Shown: in pieces, positions 26,421-38,589 of the stretch | Position numbering within the stretch: position 1 is the stretch's first letter | Layout of the letters: every line of letters begins with the position of its first letter | Source of the DNA: Octopus sinensis | Taxonomy: Eukaryota | DNA: 64,000 bases | Assembly: GCF_006345805.1 (NCBI RefSeq) | Contig: NC_043017.1 | Span: forward strand, 4,092,001-4,156,000 | Direction of reading: 5' to 3' | Notes under the pieces: model-generated | Told to the model about the DNA's origin: nothing | The model's input: the letters and a program-made list of their open reading frames with translations, nothing else | Database searches by the model: none | Translations under genes and position numbers: made by a program

Positions 26421-27519
26421 AGGAAATCCGTTGGAAAAACAAAAACAGAACAGAGGCGGAGCAAAATACAATCGAACTGTGCTCCTAAGAGCCCATGGCG
26501 AAACTGTTTATCAGCGTATGTTGAGAACCGGTGCTGAAGAATTCAACGGGTCAGGCATCGGTCAATCATGTGGGTGAGGGTGTATAGATGTTCTTTGTGA
26601 CCGAGAATAAAGTTCTGACTATTTAAGGAATATTGGATGTTTTATAAGGGGCGAAAAAAATCTACTTAGAGACGTGTGTGTGTGTATACTGTTCTATATA
26701 TGTGTGTGTTGGCGTAGGGGTAGAAAACATTTTTTGTGTACGTGTGTGCGTTTGATCGTTCGGCTGTCAGTGGCTACTGCGTGATAACCGTTGGGTGGCA
26801 GAAAGAAAAAAATAAAAAATATATATATAATGTTTTATGTGTGTGTGTGTTCATCTAAGCCTGCCTTGTCAAGGAAACCCCCGCTGTGAGAAAACCAAGC
26901 CCCGTTTGTCTTACGGAGTAATTCCCCTTGCAGTGGTAATCGTAGATATCTTAAAGGCTATTTCAGAATTTGTTACCAAGGGCTATGGGTGCCGGTATTA
27001 TTTATAAACATTTAAAGGCCAGATAAGTGTAACGCCGCCAATGGGGATCGAAAAGCCGACTGTAAGAGCCCGTTTACCATCTGGCCTCTGGCAAACAAAA
27101 TATGGAAGAGTTCGGACACAAGGTTGCACTGTCTTCTGCCCTATCAAACGCACACACGTACACAAGAAATGTTTTCTACCCCTACGCCAACACACTACAC
27201 AAGAAATGTTTTCTACCCCTACGCCAACACACACATATATAGAACAGTATACACACACACACGTCTCTAAGTAGATTTTTTCTCGCCCCTTATAAAACAT
27301 CCAATATTCCTTAAATAGTCAGAACTTTATTCTCGGTCACAAAGAACATCTATACACCCTCACCCACATGATTGACCGATGCCTGACCCGTTGAATTCTT
27401 CAGCCACCGGTTCTCAACATACACTGATAAACAGTTTCGCCATGGGCTCTTAGGAGCACAGTTCGATTTGTATTTTGCTCCGCCTCTGTTCTGTTTTTGT
27501 TTTTCCAACGGATTTCCTT

Positions 27520-27610
27520 TTTTCTTCCTGAAGAGAAAGACACAATATGGTCCCATATTCAATCGGATTTTGGTAATTTGTGCCTTTCGAAACACGTGTA
27601 GAATGAAATA
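27520..27610 (+). ncRNA. Type I hammerhead ribozyme motif (PLE-like, palindromic stem III)
   Basis: CTGAAGA at 27528; stem II GAAAGACACAA/TTGTGCCTTTC; GAAA at 27589; stem III ACACGTGT; predicted cleavage after GUA at 27600; stem I GAA(T)GAAA/TTTCTTC. Confidence 0.7.
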
Positions 27611-27816
27611 AAACGATTTCTGTTCAATCTGCGTTCAGCTCCATTTCTTCAATTCACCAATAATGTTTTAATTTCAATTATCCGCACCAACGCACGGTTG
27701 CAACGCCAGATGGTTGTACCTCCAACCGTGCTGTTTACTGCTGTGATTTTTGCTACTAAGGTATCGGTTAAACTTTTGATTAATCTACTACAAGATTATT
27801 CATCTTTCTATTTCAC

Positions 27817-27885
<69 letters not shown>

Positions 27886-28371
27886 TTAGCGTCTGCTTTC
27901 CATGCTAGCATGGGTTGGACGGTTCAACTGGGGTCTGTGAAGCCAGAAGGCTGCATCAGGCCCAGTCTGATCTGGCAGTGTTTCTACGGCTGGATGCCCT
28001 TCCTAACGCCAACCACTCCGTGAGTGTAGTGGGTGCTTTTTACGTGCCACCTGCACAGGTGCCAGACGGAGCTGGCAAACGATCACGGACGGATGGTGCT
28101 TTTTACGTGCCATATATATATATAAGGATAAGCATATTAAAAGGGGTCTGTAGGAAAACTCGTTTAAATAAAAGGGTTGGGAACCACCGCACTAGAATGA
28201 CTTTTTTTTTATTAGTTGCTCCTCCCCACTCTCCAGGGAAGGAAGGGCAGGGCCTATGCCATTTAATTTTTAGGACCACCAAGGAAGAAGAGAGGAAGTT
28301 ATCCTTAACCCTTCAGCATTTAAACCAGCCATATCCATCCCATATAAATGTTCTACCTGTTTTGTGTTCAA

Positions 28372-28419
28372 GACACCTGATGAAGGCTGGAGAGTATATA
28401 TCAGCCGAAACGTTGTGTT
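28372..28419 (+). ncRNA. Minimal hammerhead ribozyme motif (different PLE-like family)
   Basis: GACAC-CTGATGA-A-GGCTGG(agagtatata)TCAGCC-GAAA-CG-TT-GTGTT: 5-bp stem I, 6-bp stem II, minimal palindromic ACGT stem III, one extra A after A9. Confidence 0.6.
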
Positions 28420-29754
28420 AACAACAAACAAGATGAGGACAAATATTACTTTGAATGTAAATATTGTAAATAATGTACATAATTCGTAATCTCTTAAATA
28501 TAGAACTTTACAAAAGTCTATGATAAGGAATTCGCAAATCCAGCATTCACGATAAACTTTTAGTTTTGTACTAATTATTATTAGAGCAACAGATTATGTG
28601 TCAACGTGTCCAGCTGCACTTGAGTTCTTGAGGAGAGAATGCAACCCTTAATTCATACACTGTAAATGATCACAGCATTAGGAACAATAAAAATCTGCAA
28701 GGCCTTAAGATTTAACCCTTTAGCATTTAAACCGGCCATATCCGGCCAAAAGTATTCTGCCGGTTTTATGGTCAAACTGGCCAGATCTGGTCCCTCACAC
28801 CAACCCTACAATATCGTTGTAAAAAGTAACAGCTACCTCATCAAAATCTCAAAGCTACAAGATTAATGAATGATTAGTTCAAAGCAATGTGGATAAAAAA
28901 GGATTAATTTTGGCAGAATTTTGGAAGCACTCTGTCGGTTACGACAATGAGGGTTCCGGTTGATCCGAATTAACAGAACAGCCTGCTCGTGAAATTAACG
29001 TGTAAGTGGCTGAGCACTCCACAGACACGTGTACCCTTAACGTAGTTCTCGGGGATATTCAGCATGACACAGAGAGTGACAAGGCCGGCCCTTTGAAATA
29101 CAGGTACAACAGAAACAGGAATTAAGAGTGAGAGAAAGTTGTGGTGAAAGAGTACAGCAGGGATCACCACCATCCCCTGCCAGAGCCTCGTGGAGCTTTA
29201 GGTGTTTTCGCTCAATTTGGCAGGATAATGTGAACACTAAAGGGTTTAAAGACGGATGAACAAACAAGATGCTTTCCTTCACAAACTTGCTATTTTAGCA
29301 GTTGACCAGTCGAAATTAATAAGAAATAATTAAATAAGAAAACACATACACACACACACACACCCATCGAGGAAACCATTGTTTCAATGGAGACTGTTGA
29401 CTTTTCTGCCTCTATTTTCTGAGATGCCAGTCAAAGTGGCTTTTCATTAAACGTAGACATTTGCCCATTGTTGCTTGGTGTTTTTTGTTGGCTTTTTTTC
29501 CCCATTTCTTATGCAACCAAATTGATGAATTTTTTGCTGCTAATTATTATTAATACAAATATTATATTTTATATATATATTGTGTGTGTGTGTATGTATG
29601 TAATTAGACATTTGCATTTTGTTGTGAGGCAATTGTATAGCATACTGAACTAAACAATGGAATAGGAGTGGAGCCTGTTGTTAACCAGACTGAAGCCAGG
29701 TATGTATGAATGGTACATATACACATGTACATGTATGCATGTATATTTATGAAT

Positions 29755-29794
<40 letters not shown>

Positions 29795-31087
29795 GCACTG
29801 TCATGGCTGTGTAGTTAAGAAGCTCGCTTTGTAACCACACGGTTTCAGGTTCAGTCCCACTGTATGACACCTTGGTCAAGTGTTTTCTACTATAGCCCCA
29901 AGGTGACCGATGCCTTGTGAGATGATAAAAGAAAAGGACAAGATGCTACTGATCTAGAACCAGAAAGTGTGTTGGAATGTAGTACAAAGGTAACCTGGCT
30001 AAGATGGGGCCAAATGGAGGCACACAGAGCCTCATGGCCCAAGTTTTGGAGAGTGAAGTCCTACATCATCATCATCATCGTTTAATGTCCATTCTCCAGG
30101 CTAGCATGGGTTGGACGGTTCGACCAGGGATCTGGGAAGCCAGAAGGCTGCACCAGGCTCCAGTCTTCTCTGGCAGTGTTTCTACAGCTGGATGCCCTTC
30201 CTAACGCCAACCACTCCGAGAGTGTAGTGGGTGCTTTTTACGTGCCACCGGCACGGAAGCCAGGCAAGGCTGGCGAACGGCCACGATTGGATTGGTGCTT
30301 TTTACGTGCCACCGGCACAGGGATCACAACTACAAACAATCTCCATTGATACAATCTAAAAATTTCTGATACAGGTAGATTACAACATCCTACTGAGCAC
30401 ATCTACCTTGTTTTGCTAATGAAAGACAGCAATGAGGGAGCAAGGGAGCATCTACATTGTCATTTTGATTCACTAGAAATAGTACCCAACTACCACTCAA
30501 ATTACACAATACCTGAAATATAAATGAAGGGTGTTTGTTTATTTGTTGTAAACGAACAAACAAATGAGACGGGTCACGGATGCACTGCCATTGATTATAG
30601 TTCCAGTCAATCAGGGATGACCTGAGGCTAGGCAACAAGAACAAGAACAAGAACAACAGAGAAAGAGAGGGGATTACTAGTCACAGTATACAGTTTATGT
30701 AAGGTAGGAGGTGGGGGGGCGGGGCAGTTCTCTGAACTGAATACATGAATCACATAATCTAACTATACATTAGAAACAGACGAACACAATGGACGCACAC
30801 CATATTGCACCCTAGGCAAAAAGATAGAGAGCAAGGAGGGAGGGCGAGAGAGAAAGAGAGAAACTGAGGGATCTGAGCACAATGCTACAGTAGAGACAAA
30901 CAACGAATATCCTTGAAAAATACAGAGGTGCATCTCATGGTGCAGTATAGGAGCTTGCACGAAACTGTTGCAATTAACAACAACGAGGATGATTATGATT
31001 ATGGTGGTTATGACTGATGGATGAAGGGGACAGTGTAGGGACAAACCCCCCCCCCCGAAAGAAAAGGGTGTGGTGGGGATGACTTAC

Positions 31088-31128
31088 GCAAGATCTGCTG
31101 CGATTGGTCGCATATTAATGAGGTTAGT
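31088..31128 (-). other. Candidate 41-nt microexon containing an ATG (MRPIAADL..)
   Basis: About 14-nt T tract then aaag acceptor; donor GC|gtaagt. Confidence 0.35.
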
Positions 31129-32164
31129 CTTTAAAAAAAAAAAAACCTGTATACACAATGTATAGCGGAAGGGGTGGGGGAGGAAAGAAGGGATGACACA
31201 TACGCATATAAACATACATACATATAAATACACACACACACATATATATATATATATACACATGCAAACACAAACACACATTATAAGCACACAGACACCT
31301 ACAAACACTCATGTGAACACACACACACACACAAAGACAGACTTACACAAACACATACACAGAGACAACTACACATGCATACACATATAAAAGTAATTAC
31401 ATTTATTTTTTTTTTTTAAATGGAAAAACAAAAAACAAACAAAAAAAAACAGAAAACAGAAATTTTTCCAAAAATAATGGATATATAAGAACAATAACAA
31501 GATAGGAACCGGTGAATACACAGCAGAGTGTGCAAGACCAGAAGAGAAATTGGACGACAACAACAACAACAACAGCAATAAATAGCACAGCATAGGTACA
31601 CACACACACACACACACACACAGCCTAGAAGAAGAAATAAAATTTGGCATTCTTTTCTCACACTGCTACCACCGACCACCTTACCTCCCAAATAACCAAC
31701 ACTACAACTACAACATCACCATCATTGACTACTACTACAACTACAGCCACTACTACTACTACTACCACCACCACCACCACCACTATCATCATCACCATAA
31801 CAGCTACTACCACCACCACCATCATCATCATCATCATTACCTTCATTGGCATCGGCATTGTTGTTGTTGTTGTTGTTGCCACCACCACCACCGCCACCAC
31901 CATACCCCCTCCAACCAGTCTTCACCATAAATTCAAACAGGTGATATCACTGAGCAGAAATGTAGGCCAGACAGGTATATATAATTGACTGCAATAAAGG
32001 TGAGTAGTAGTAGTAGTAGCAGTAGCAGTAGTAGTAGTAGTAGTAGTAGTGTGTGTGTGTGTTGAGGCGGTGGTAGTAGTGGTAGAAGCAATGGTATGGT
32101 ATTCAAAATAATAGCATAAATAATAAAAATAATGACGATAATAATAATAATAATAATAATATAA

Positions 32165-32422
32165 GCAGTTGTGGACGCTGAAAAAGGTGATGGCAGTAGC
32201 AATAACTGTCGGAGCCCCGGGAATGGTGAGTAAAAATCTTGAGAAGTACGTGGAACAAATAGGGGCTGCAATAAGGGTGGAGCACTTGCAGAAAACAGCA
32301 CTGCTTGGAACCGCTCGAATACTCAGGATGGTGCTCGAAAAATAAGGGGTGTTACCTTAGTTCACTGGTAGTGAACAGCTGACACCGTAGTACATCTCCA
32401 GTGTCAGAAGCTGTGCAAAGGC
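32165..32422 (+). mobile_element. 3' fragment of an RLE-type non-LTR retrotransposon (R4/Dong-like) inserted in (TAA)n
   Basis: 32166-32345 encodes QLWTLKKVMAVAITVGAPGMVSKNLEKYVEQIGAAIRVEHLQKTALLGTARILRMVLEK*, containing the LQK.ALLGTARILR motif; (AAT)n on both sides. Confidence 0.8.
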
Positions 32423-32423
32423 A

Positions 32424-32460
<37 letters not shown>

Positions 32461-32676
32461 CTTCTCCACTAAAGGTATAAGGCCTGGAATTTTGGAGGGA
32501 GGGGTCTAGTTGGTTACATCAACCCCAATGTTTCACTGGTACTTAATTTATCGACCCCGAAAGGATGAAAAGCAAAGTCGACCTAGGTGGAATTTGAACT
32601 CAGAATGTAAATGCAGATGAGAATTTTGCCCAGCATGCTAAGGATTCTGCAAGCTTGCCATCTTAGATGATGATGA

Positions 32677-32726
<50 letters not shown>

Positions 32727-32729
<3 letters not shown>

Positions 32730-33268
32730 CCAGGCAGTGGCTCTCGTGGCTTCTGATCTTAACTGATTGGAAGTGTTATCATGTACATTGTTTTGTCTGG
32801 GTATAAAAGATGGGCTACAGCAAATATTCTGCTCAATACCACAGACTTGCTTGTCAGTTGTTTGACCTTAACCAGTTGAGCATGTCCCTTAGTGGCTGAC
32901 GATATGTGCATCTCTGACCACAAGCAGGAGTAGTGGGGGAGCATCATAGCCATGTGTTGAGAGGAATTTTTGGAGTTTGAATAATTCACCTTTGGAAACA
33001 TGGGTGATTCATTCAACATCCTTAAACAATCCTTATTCAAGGACCTTTTGAGCGGGATGGGCTACTTGACCAGAAGAAAATTCTAACTGCGCCCCACCTG
33101 CAAGGTCATGCACTGTTTATCTTGATATGAGATCACCATGTCGTGCAGATATGGTTGTGATGCATGTGCTTAGTGTACTCTTATCAGATGGGTAGTAAAG
33201 ATAAGCGTATTGGGTTTCGTATATTTTACCCCAGTGTTACTTTGATGACATGCACTGCTCTCCCACTC
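32727..33268. mobile_element. Unclassified probable interspersed element between (AGT)n and (AAT)n tracts
   Basis: About 540-bp block of higher complexity flanked by trinucleotide tracts; only one copy in the window and no ORF. Confidence 0.3.
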
Positions 33269-33319
<51 letters not shown>

Positions 33320-33668
33320 TCTTTCTCCTACAAGCTCAAGGATTGAAATTTTTTAAGGGAGGGGTACTAATCAATTACATCAAGCCCAGTGCTAAACTGA
33401 TACTTATTTCATCGACCCCAGAATGATGAAAGGCAAACTTGATCCCAGCAGCATTTGAACTCAGAATATATAAAAAACAGAAGAAATGCTGACGAACACT
33501 TTATGCAATGCGGTAACGATGCTGCAAGCTTGCCAATATATGCTTATATTTGCCAACAAGGTAATGCGAATACAGCAGCTAAGGTGCACAAAATTTATCA
33601 ATTATTCAAGCCCTGGACTAAACCATGGAAGTTTAAATCTAAAGCTTCCAGTCTAGAGCTATTCTGCA

Positions 33669-33710
<42 letters not shown>

Positions 33711-34904
33711 CGTGACCGACCAGGTTATCAGATGTTGCTACACATCGCTGGTCACAATGCGCTTCACATTGATTTAGCCTTCAATGACGCCACCTGGCTG
33801 GCTAAGCAAGCAGGCCAACAGAAGAAAGAGTGAAAGAAAGTTGTGGCGAAAGAGTACAGCAGGATTCGCCACCACCCCCTGCCGGAGCCTCATGGAAATT
33901 TAGGTGTTTTCGTTCAATAAACACTCACAACACCTGGTCTGCAAGTCCACTGCCCTATCCACTGGGTCATTGCGCCTCCACATATATATATATATACTTA
34001 TAAAATGAGGATATAATCATTAAAATGATTATATCAGTGGCCAGCATATAAAAAAACTACCATATCAGTAAAATCAATTTTTAAGTATATAATTATAAAG
34101 TTATAATTATATACTTTAAAAAGAGAATTATATATATATATATATATATTGTTCCCAAATACCTCCTCTTATTAGAGGGATCTTTTCCCTTTTCTTTTTT
34201 CCAGGTTGTTTTTTGTCTTGCAAGTTAGATGGCAACCTCACTAGTGCTAATGGCACAAAAAAAAAACACCCACCATACTCTGTAAAGTGGTTGGTGTTAG
34301 GAAGGGCATCCAACCATAGAAACCATACCAAAGATGACATTGGAACTCGTCAAGCCATATATACACACATGCACACAGGTACATATATAGAAATTATAGG
34401 CATAGATGCATGGTGGTGTGGTTAAAAGTTTGCTTTTCAGCCACATGATTTTTAGGTTCAAGCCCACTGCATGGCACCTTGGGCGATTATATTCTACTAT
34501 AGCCATGGGCCGAACATGATTTGATAGGTGGAAACTGCTCAGCAAGATTTAAATTAGAAGTTAAAAATACCACCAAGAACCGTGTCTTACACCCTGAGTC
34601 ATTTCCAATATAGGTACAGGGGTTCAAATTTGAGAAGGTGCATAGTTAATGACCCCAATCTTCAAAACTTCACAGTTGGGGGGGGGGGGAAGATTATATA
34701 TAAAGGGGTGTTGAAAAGTTCCTGACTTTAGGTAAAAGAAAATACAGGAGGATCAGTTAATTATGATTTTATTCAGTATATTCAGTATAACCGTAATTAT
34801 AATAACGATTATTTCTAATATAGGCACAATGCCAGAAATTTTGAGGGAGAAGGAGGGAAAACAGTGGATTAAACTGACCCCAGTACTTAACCGGTACTCT
34901 ATTT

Positions 34905-35130
34905 CACTGGCAGAAACGTTAGCACGCCGGGTGAAATGCTTAGTGGTATTTCGTCTGCTGTTATGTTCTGAGTTCAAATTCCACCAAGGTCGACTTTGCC
35001 TTTCATCCTTTCGGGGTCGATTAAATAAGTACCAGTTACGCACTGGGGCCGATGTAATCGACTTAATCCGTTTGTCTGTCCTTGTTTGTCCTCTCTGTGT
35101 TTAGCCCCTTTTGGGTAGTAAAGAAATAGG
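34905..35130 (+). mobile_element. SINE family A copy (further copies at about 1655-1850, 7610-7795, 8770-8990, 11305-11490, 21335-21540, 32460-32660, 51130-51340, 51725-51925, 53105-53395)
   Basis: Same head, B-box and core motif recur throughout the window. Confidence 0.85.
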
Positions 35131-35529
35131 TACCTTAATTCACTGCCCACTCCCATGGAAGGATGACAAGCAAAGTAGTCCTTGGCAGGATTTGAACTCA
35201 GAACTTAAAAAGTCAAAACTAAATAGCAGAAGATATTTCTGTTCGACACATGCTAACAATTCTGCCTCTCCACTCCCAGCCAGGGTTGTGTAACGGGGGG
35301 GGGGGGGGGGGGGTAAGGTAAGTACATTTGAAAGGCAAATTGCAAAACAGAAGAGGGAGCGGATTACATAAAAACAGTGGAGGGGGAGTGGGACACAGCC
35401 ACTGAGGGACCAAAAACAAACTTCCCCAGCAAAACTTCACACACACACACACACACGCACACACTGGTGTGTAGTGCATGGTAGGTATGACACATAGTAA
35501 TGGCAAGGACAATGGTGGCAGTGGGTTTA

Positions 35530-35890
35530 ATATAAGTGGTGGTGGTGGTGGTGGTGGTGGTGGTGGTGGTAGTGGTGGCAGTAATAGCATGATGGTGGTG
35601 GCAGTGATGATAGCCATACTGGTCCCTGTTGTTGCTGTTTTGGTGGTAGTAATGTGGTGGTGGTGGTGGTTTTGGTGGTGGTGGTGGTAGTGGTGGTGGT
35701 GGTTTTGGTGGTGGTGTTGGTGATGGTGGTGGTGGTGGTGGTGGTGGTGGTGGTGGTGGTGGTGGTGGTAGTGGTGGCAGTAATAGCATAGTGGTGGTGG
35801 CAGTGATGATAGCCGTACTGGTCCCTGTTGTTGCTGTTTTGGTGGTAGTAATGTGGTGGTGGTGTTGGTGATGGTGGTGGCGGCAGTGGG
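35530..35890. repeat. (GGT)n-rich tract with an internal duplication of about 110 bp
   Basis: ggtagtggtggcagtaatagcat...ctggtccctgttgttgctgttttggtggtagtaatgtgg occurs twice. Confidence 0.9.
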
Positions 35891-36401
35891 GGGGGGGGTT
35901 CATTGCTGATGGCAGTGGGGGCAGGAATAACAGTGGCAATACCTGGTTGCTAATAGAAACAGTTTGTTTCTATTAGTTTGTTTCTATGTGTGTGTGTGTG
36001 TGTGCATGAAAGTGTATGTGTATGTATGCATATGTGTGTGTGAGTGAATGTATGTATATACACTCACATAAATATATATATATATATATAATATGCATGC
36101 ATGTAGCAGGGCCTGTTTTTCAGGTAATCTAACAATGCTAAGAAAAAAAATAGAAGAAAAGAAATCTTTTTTTAAAAATAAAACAAATTTTAAGACAAAA
36201 ATCAGTTCAAATTGCACCACACACACACGCACACACCTACTCACTCACTCACTCTCTCTCTCTCTGTTTCTTTCACTCGCTCTCCGGCCCCTGGGCCAAT
36301 GAAACACTCACACATGTACACTCATGTACACATTGCTGCACCTCTGCAACAGGTGAGAATTTAAGTGAGAATCCATTGTTGCAGGGGGGGGGAGGACCTT
36401 A

Positions 36402-36440
<39 letters not shown>

Positions 36441-37084
36441 TAATGTTTGTTTATGTTCAGTTACACTAAAACCAATTTTACATTAATCCCGATGGATTCC
36501 TTTATACTGTTGCAGAATCCCAAATGGCGGTGCCCCAGCATGGCCACAGCTTGTGAGCTGAAACTAGATAAAAATTTTTAAAAATAAAAAAATACAAGAA
36601 TGTTGTTGACAGTGACTTCAAAGTTTCAGCCATACACATACACACAGGTGTGTGTGAGTGTGTATGTGTAAAAAGTAGTGGTACCTGGGGCCACGTAAAA
36701 AGCTCCTAGTACAGTCTGTAAAGTGGTTGGTGTTAGGAAGGGCATCCGGCTATAGGAACCAAGCCAAAACCAGGTTATGGAACCTGGTGTGGCTCTGGAC
36801 TTGGCCACTCCTGTCAAACCAACCAACCCATGCCAGCATGGAAAACAGATGTTAAATGATGATGACAATGATATATATATATACTCTTTTACATGTTACA
36901 GTCATTTGACTGCGGCCATGCTGGAGCACCGCCTTTAATCGAGCAACTCGACCCTGGGACTTATTCTTTGTAAGCCCAGTACTTATTCTATCAGTCTCTT
37001 TTGCTGAACCGCTAAGTGACGGGGACATAAACACACCAGCATCGGTTGTCAAGCAATGCTAGTGGGACAAACACAGACACACAA

Positions 37085-37129
<45 letters not shown>

Positions 37130-37282
37130 TATGACGGGCTTCTTTCAGTTTCTGTCTACTAAATCCACTCACAAGGCTTTGGTCGGCCCGAGGCTATAGT
37201 AGAAGACACTTGCCAAAGGTGCCAAGCAGTGGGACTGAACCCGGAACCATGTGGTTGGTAAACAAGCTACTTACCACACAGC

Positions 37283-37328
<46 letters not shown>

Positions 37329-38041
37329 ACTGACTGAAACAAGTAATAAAAAAAAGATATTCTTTTACTTGTTTCAGTCATTTGACTGCGGCCATGCTGG
37401 AGCATCACATTTAATCGAACAAATCAACCCCACGACTTATTCTTTTTTTAAGCCCAATACTTATTCTATCAGTCTCTTTTGCTGAACTGCTAAGTTACGG
37501 GGATGTAAACACACCAACATTGGTTAAGTGGTGGTGGGGAGACAAACACAGACACACAAACATATACATACACACACACATATATATATGATGGGCCTCT
37601 ATCAGTTTCTGTCTATCAAATCCACTCACAAGGCTTTGGTCAGCCTGAAGCTGTAGTAGATGACACTTGCCCAAGGTGTCACGCAGTGGGACTGAACCTA
37701 GAACCATGTGGTCGGGAAGCAAGCTTCTTACCACACAGCCACACTGCATTGATGGATATATAATTTCTTCATTTAAAGAATATATATACATATATACATC
37801 CTTTTTATATTACTTGTTTCAGTCAGTGGACTGCAGCCATGCTGAACCTTGAAGGGTTTATTCAAACCATTCAGCCCCATTACTTCTTTTCTTTTTCTTT
37901 TTTTAAGTCTGGTGTTTATTCTATTGGCCTCTTTTGCCAAACTGCTAGGTATCAAGAATATAAACAAACACCAGTTATCAAGCAGTGCTGAGGCACAGGT
38001 ACACACACACACACACACACATACACATGATGGGCTTCTCC

Positions 38042-38254
38042 ATTAACCCAGCCATATCTGGCCAAAATAACTAGTCTGTTTTATGTTCAAACTGACCAGA
38101 TCCAGGCCCTCACACCTACCCCACAATGTTATTCTACATTAAGTAATTACACCATCAAGATCTTGAAGATATGAAATACTGCATGATTAATTCAAATCAA
38201 TGGGAATCAATAGGCATTATGTTTGATGGAATAATCTGAACACTAAAGGGTTAA
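38042..38254. mobile_element. TTAA MITE (family 1); further copies at about 11180-11630 (interrupted), 18180-18385, 28712-28920
   Basis: ccagccatatctggccaaaa...ctgaacactaaagggttaa shared with 49933-50151. Confidence 0.7.
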
Positions 38255-38589
38255 AAAGCCTTTGTTTGACCCAAGATTGTTGTAAAAGACACTTACCTAA
38301 AGTGCCAAGCAATTAGACAGAACCCAAAACCATGTGGTTGAGAAGCAAACTCCTTAATCACATAGCCATGGCTGCATGCAAAAGGATCATCACTGAAGAT
38401 AATCTGGACTGAAAAGTGGGGTTTTGCAAGTAGCACTTGTCAAAATGCATAGATGCACACTTTCAAACAAAGATTGTTTGGAGTGATGAGGCTACATTTA
38501 AATCAAAAGGCTCAACCTAACTTCCACAATTGCATCTGTTGAGGATCTGAGAATCCATATATTACAGCAGAACATCATGCGAATATACC

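Larger units (their letters stand above)
26276..27820. mobile_element. Putative non-autonomous Penelope-like element: inverted arms 26276-26755 and 27143-27663, spacer of about 390 bp, 3' extension to about 27820
   Basis: The arms are reverse complements over about 480 bp, each carries a hammerhead core and a TATAAAA, and the element is flanked by (TA)n on both sides. No RT or GIY-YIG ORF was recognised, so the class assignment is inference. Confidence 0.6.
26157..28189. mobile_element. hAT (Charlie-like) MITE expanded by nested insertions
   Basis: TIRs cagtggttcccaa / ttgggaaccaccg; 8-bp TSD caatagaa (26149-26156) / cactagaa (28190-28197). Confidence 0.7.

Noticed and set aside
26757-27260. 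RT or GIY-YIG coding remnant in the spacer of the inverted element
   Set aside because: Only weak resemblances (for example KIWKSSDTRLHCLLP and TRNVFYPYA); not enough to call without a profile search.
35364-35939. 191-aa polyproline ORF (formin or extensin-like)
   Set aside because: Derived from a (CCA)n tract with an internal duplication; no domain content and no convincing splice context.
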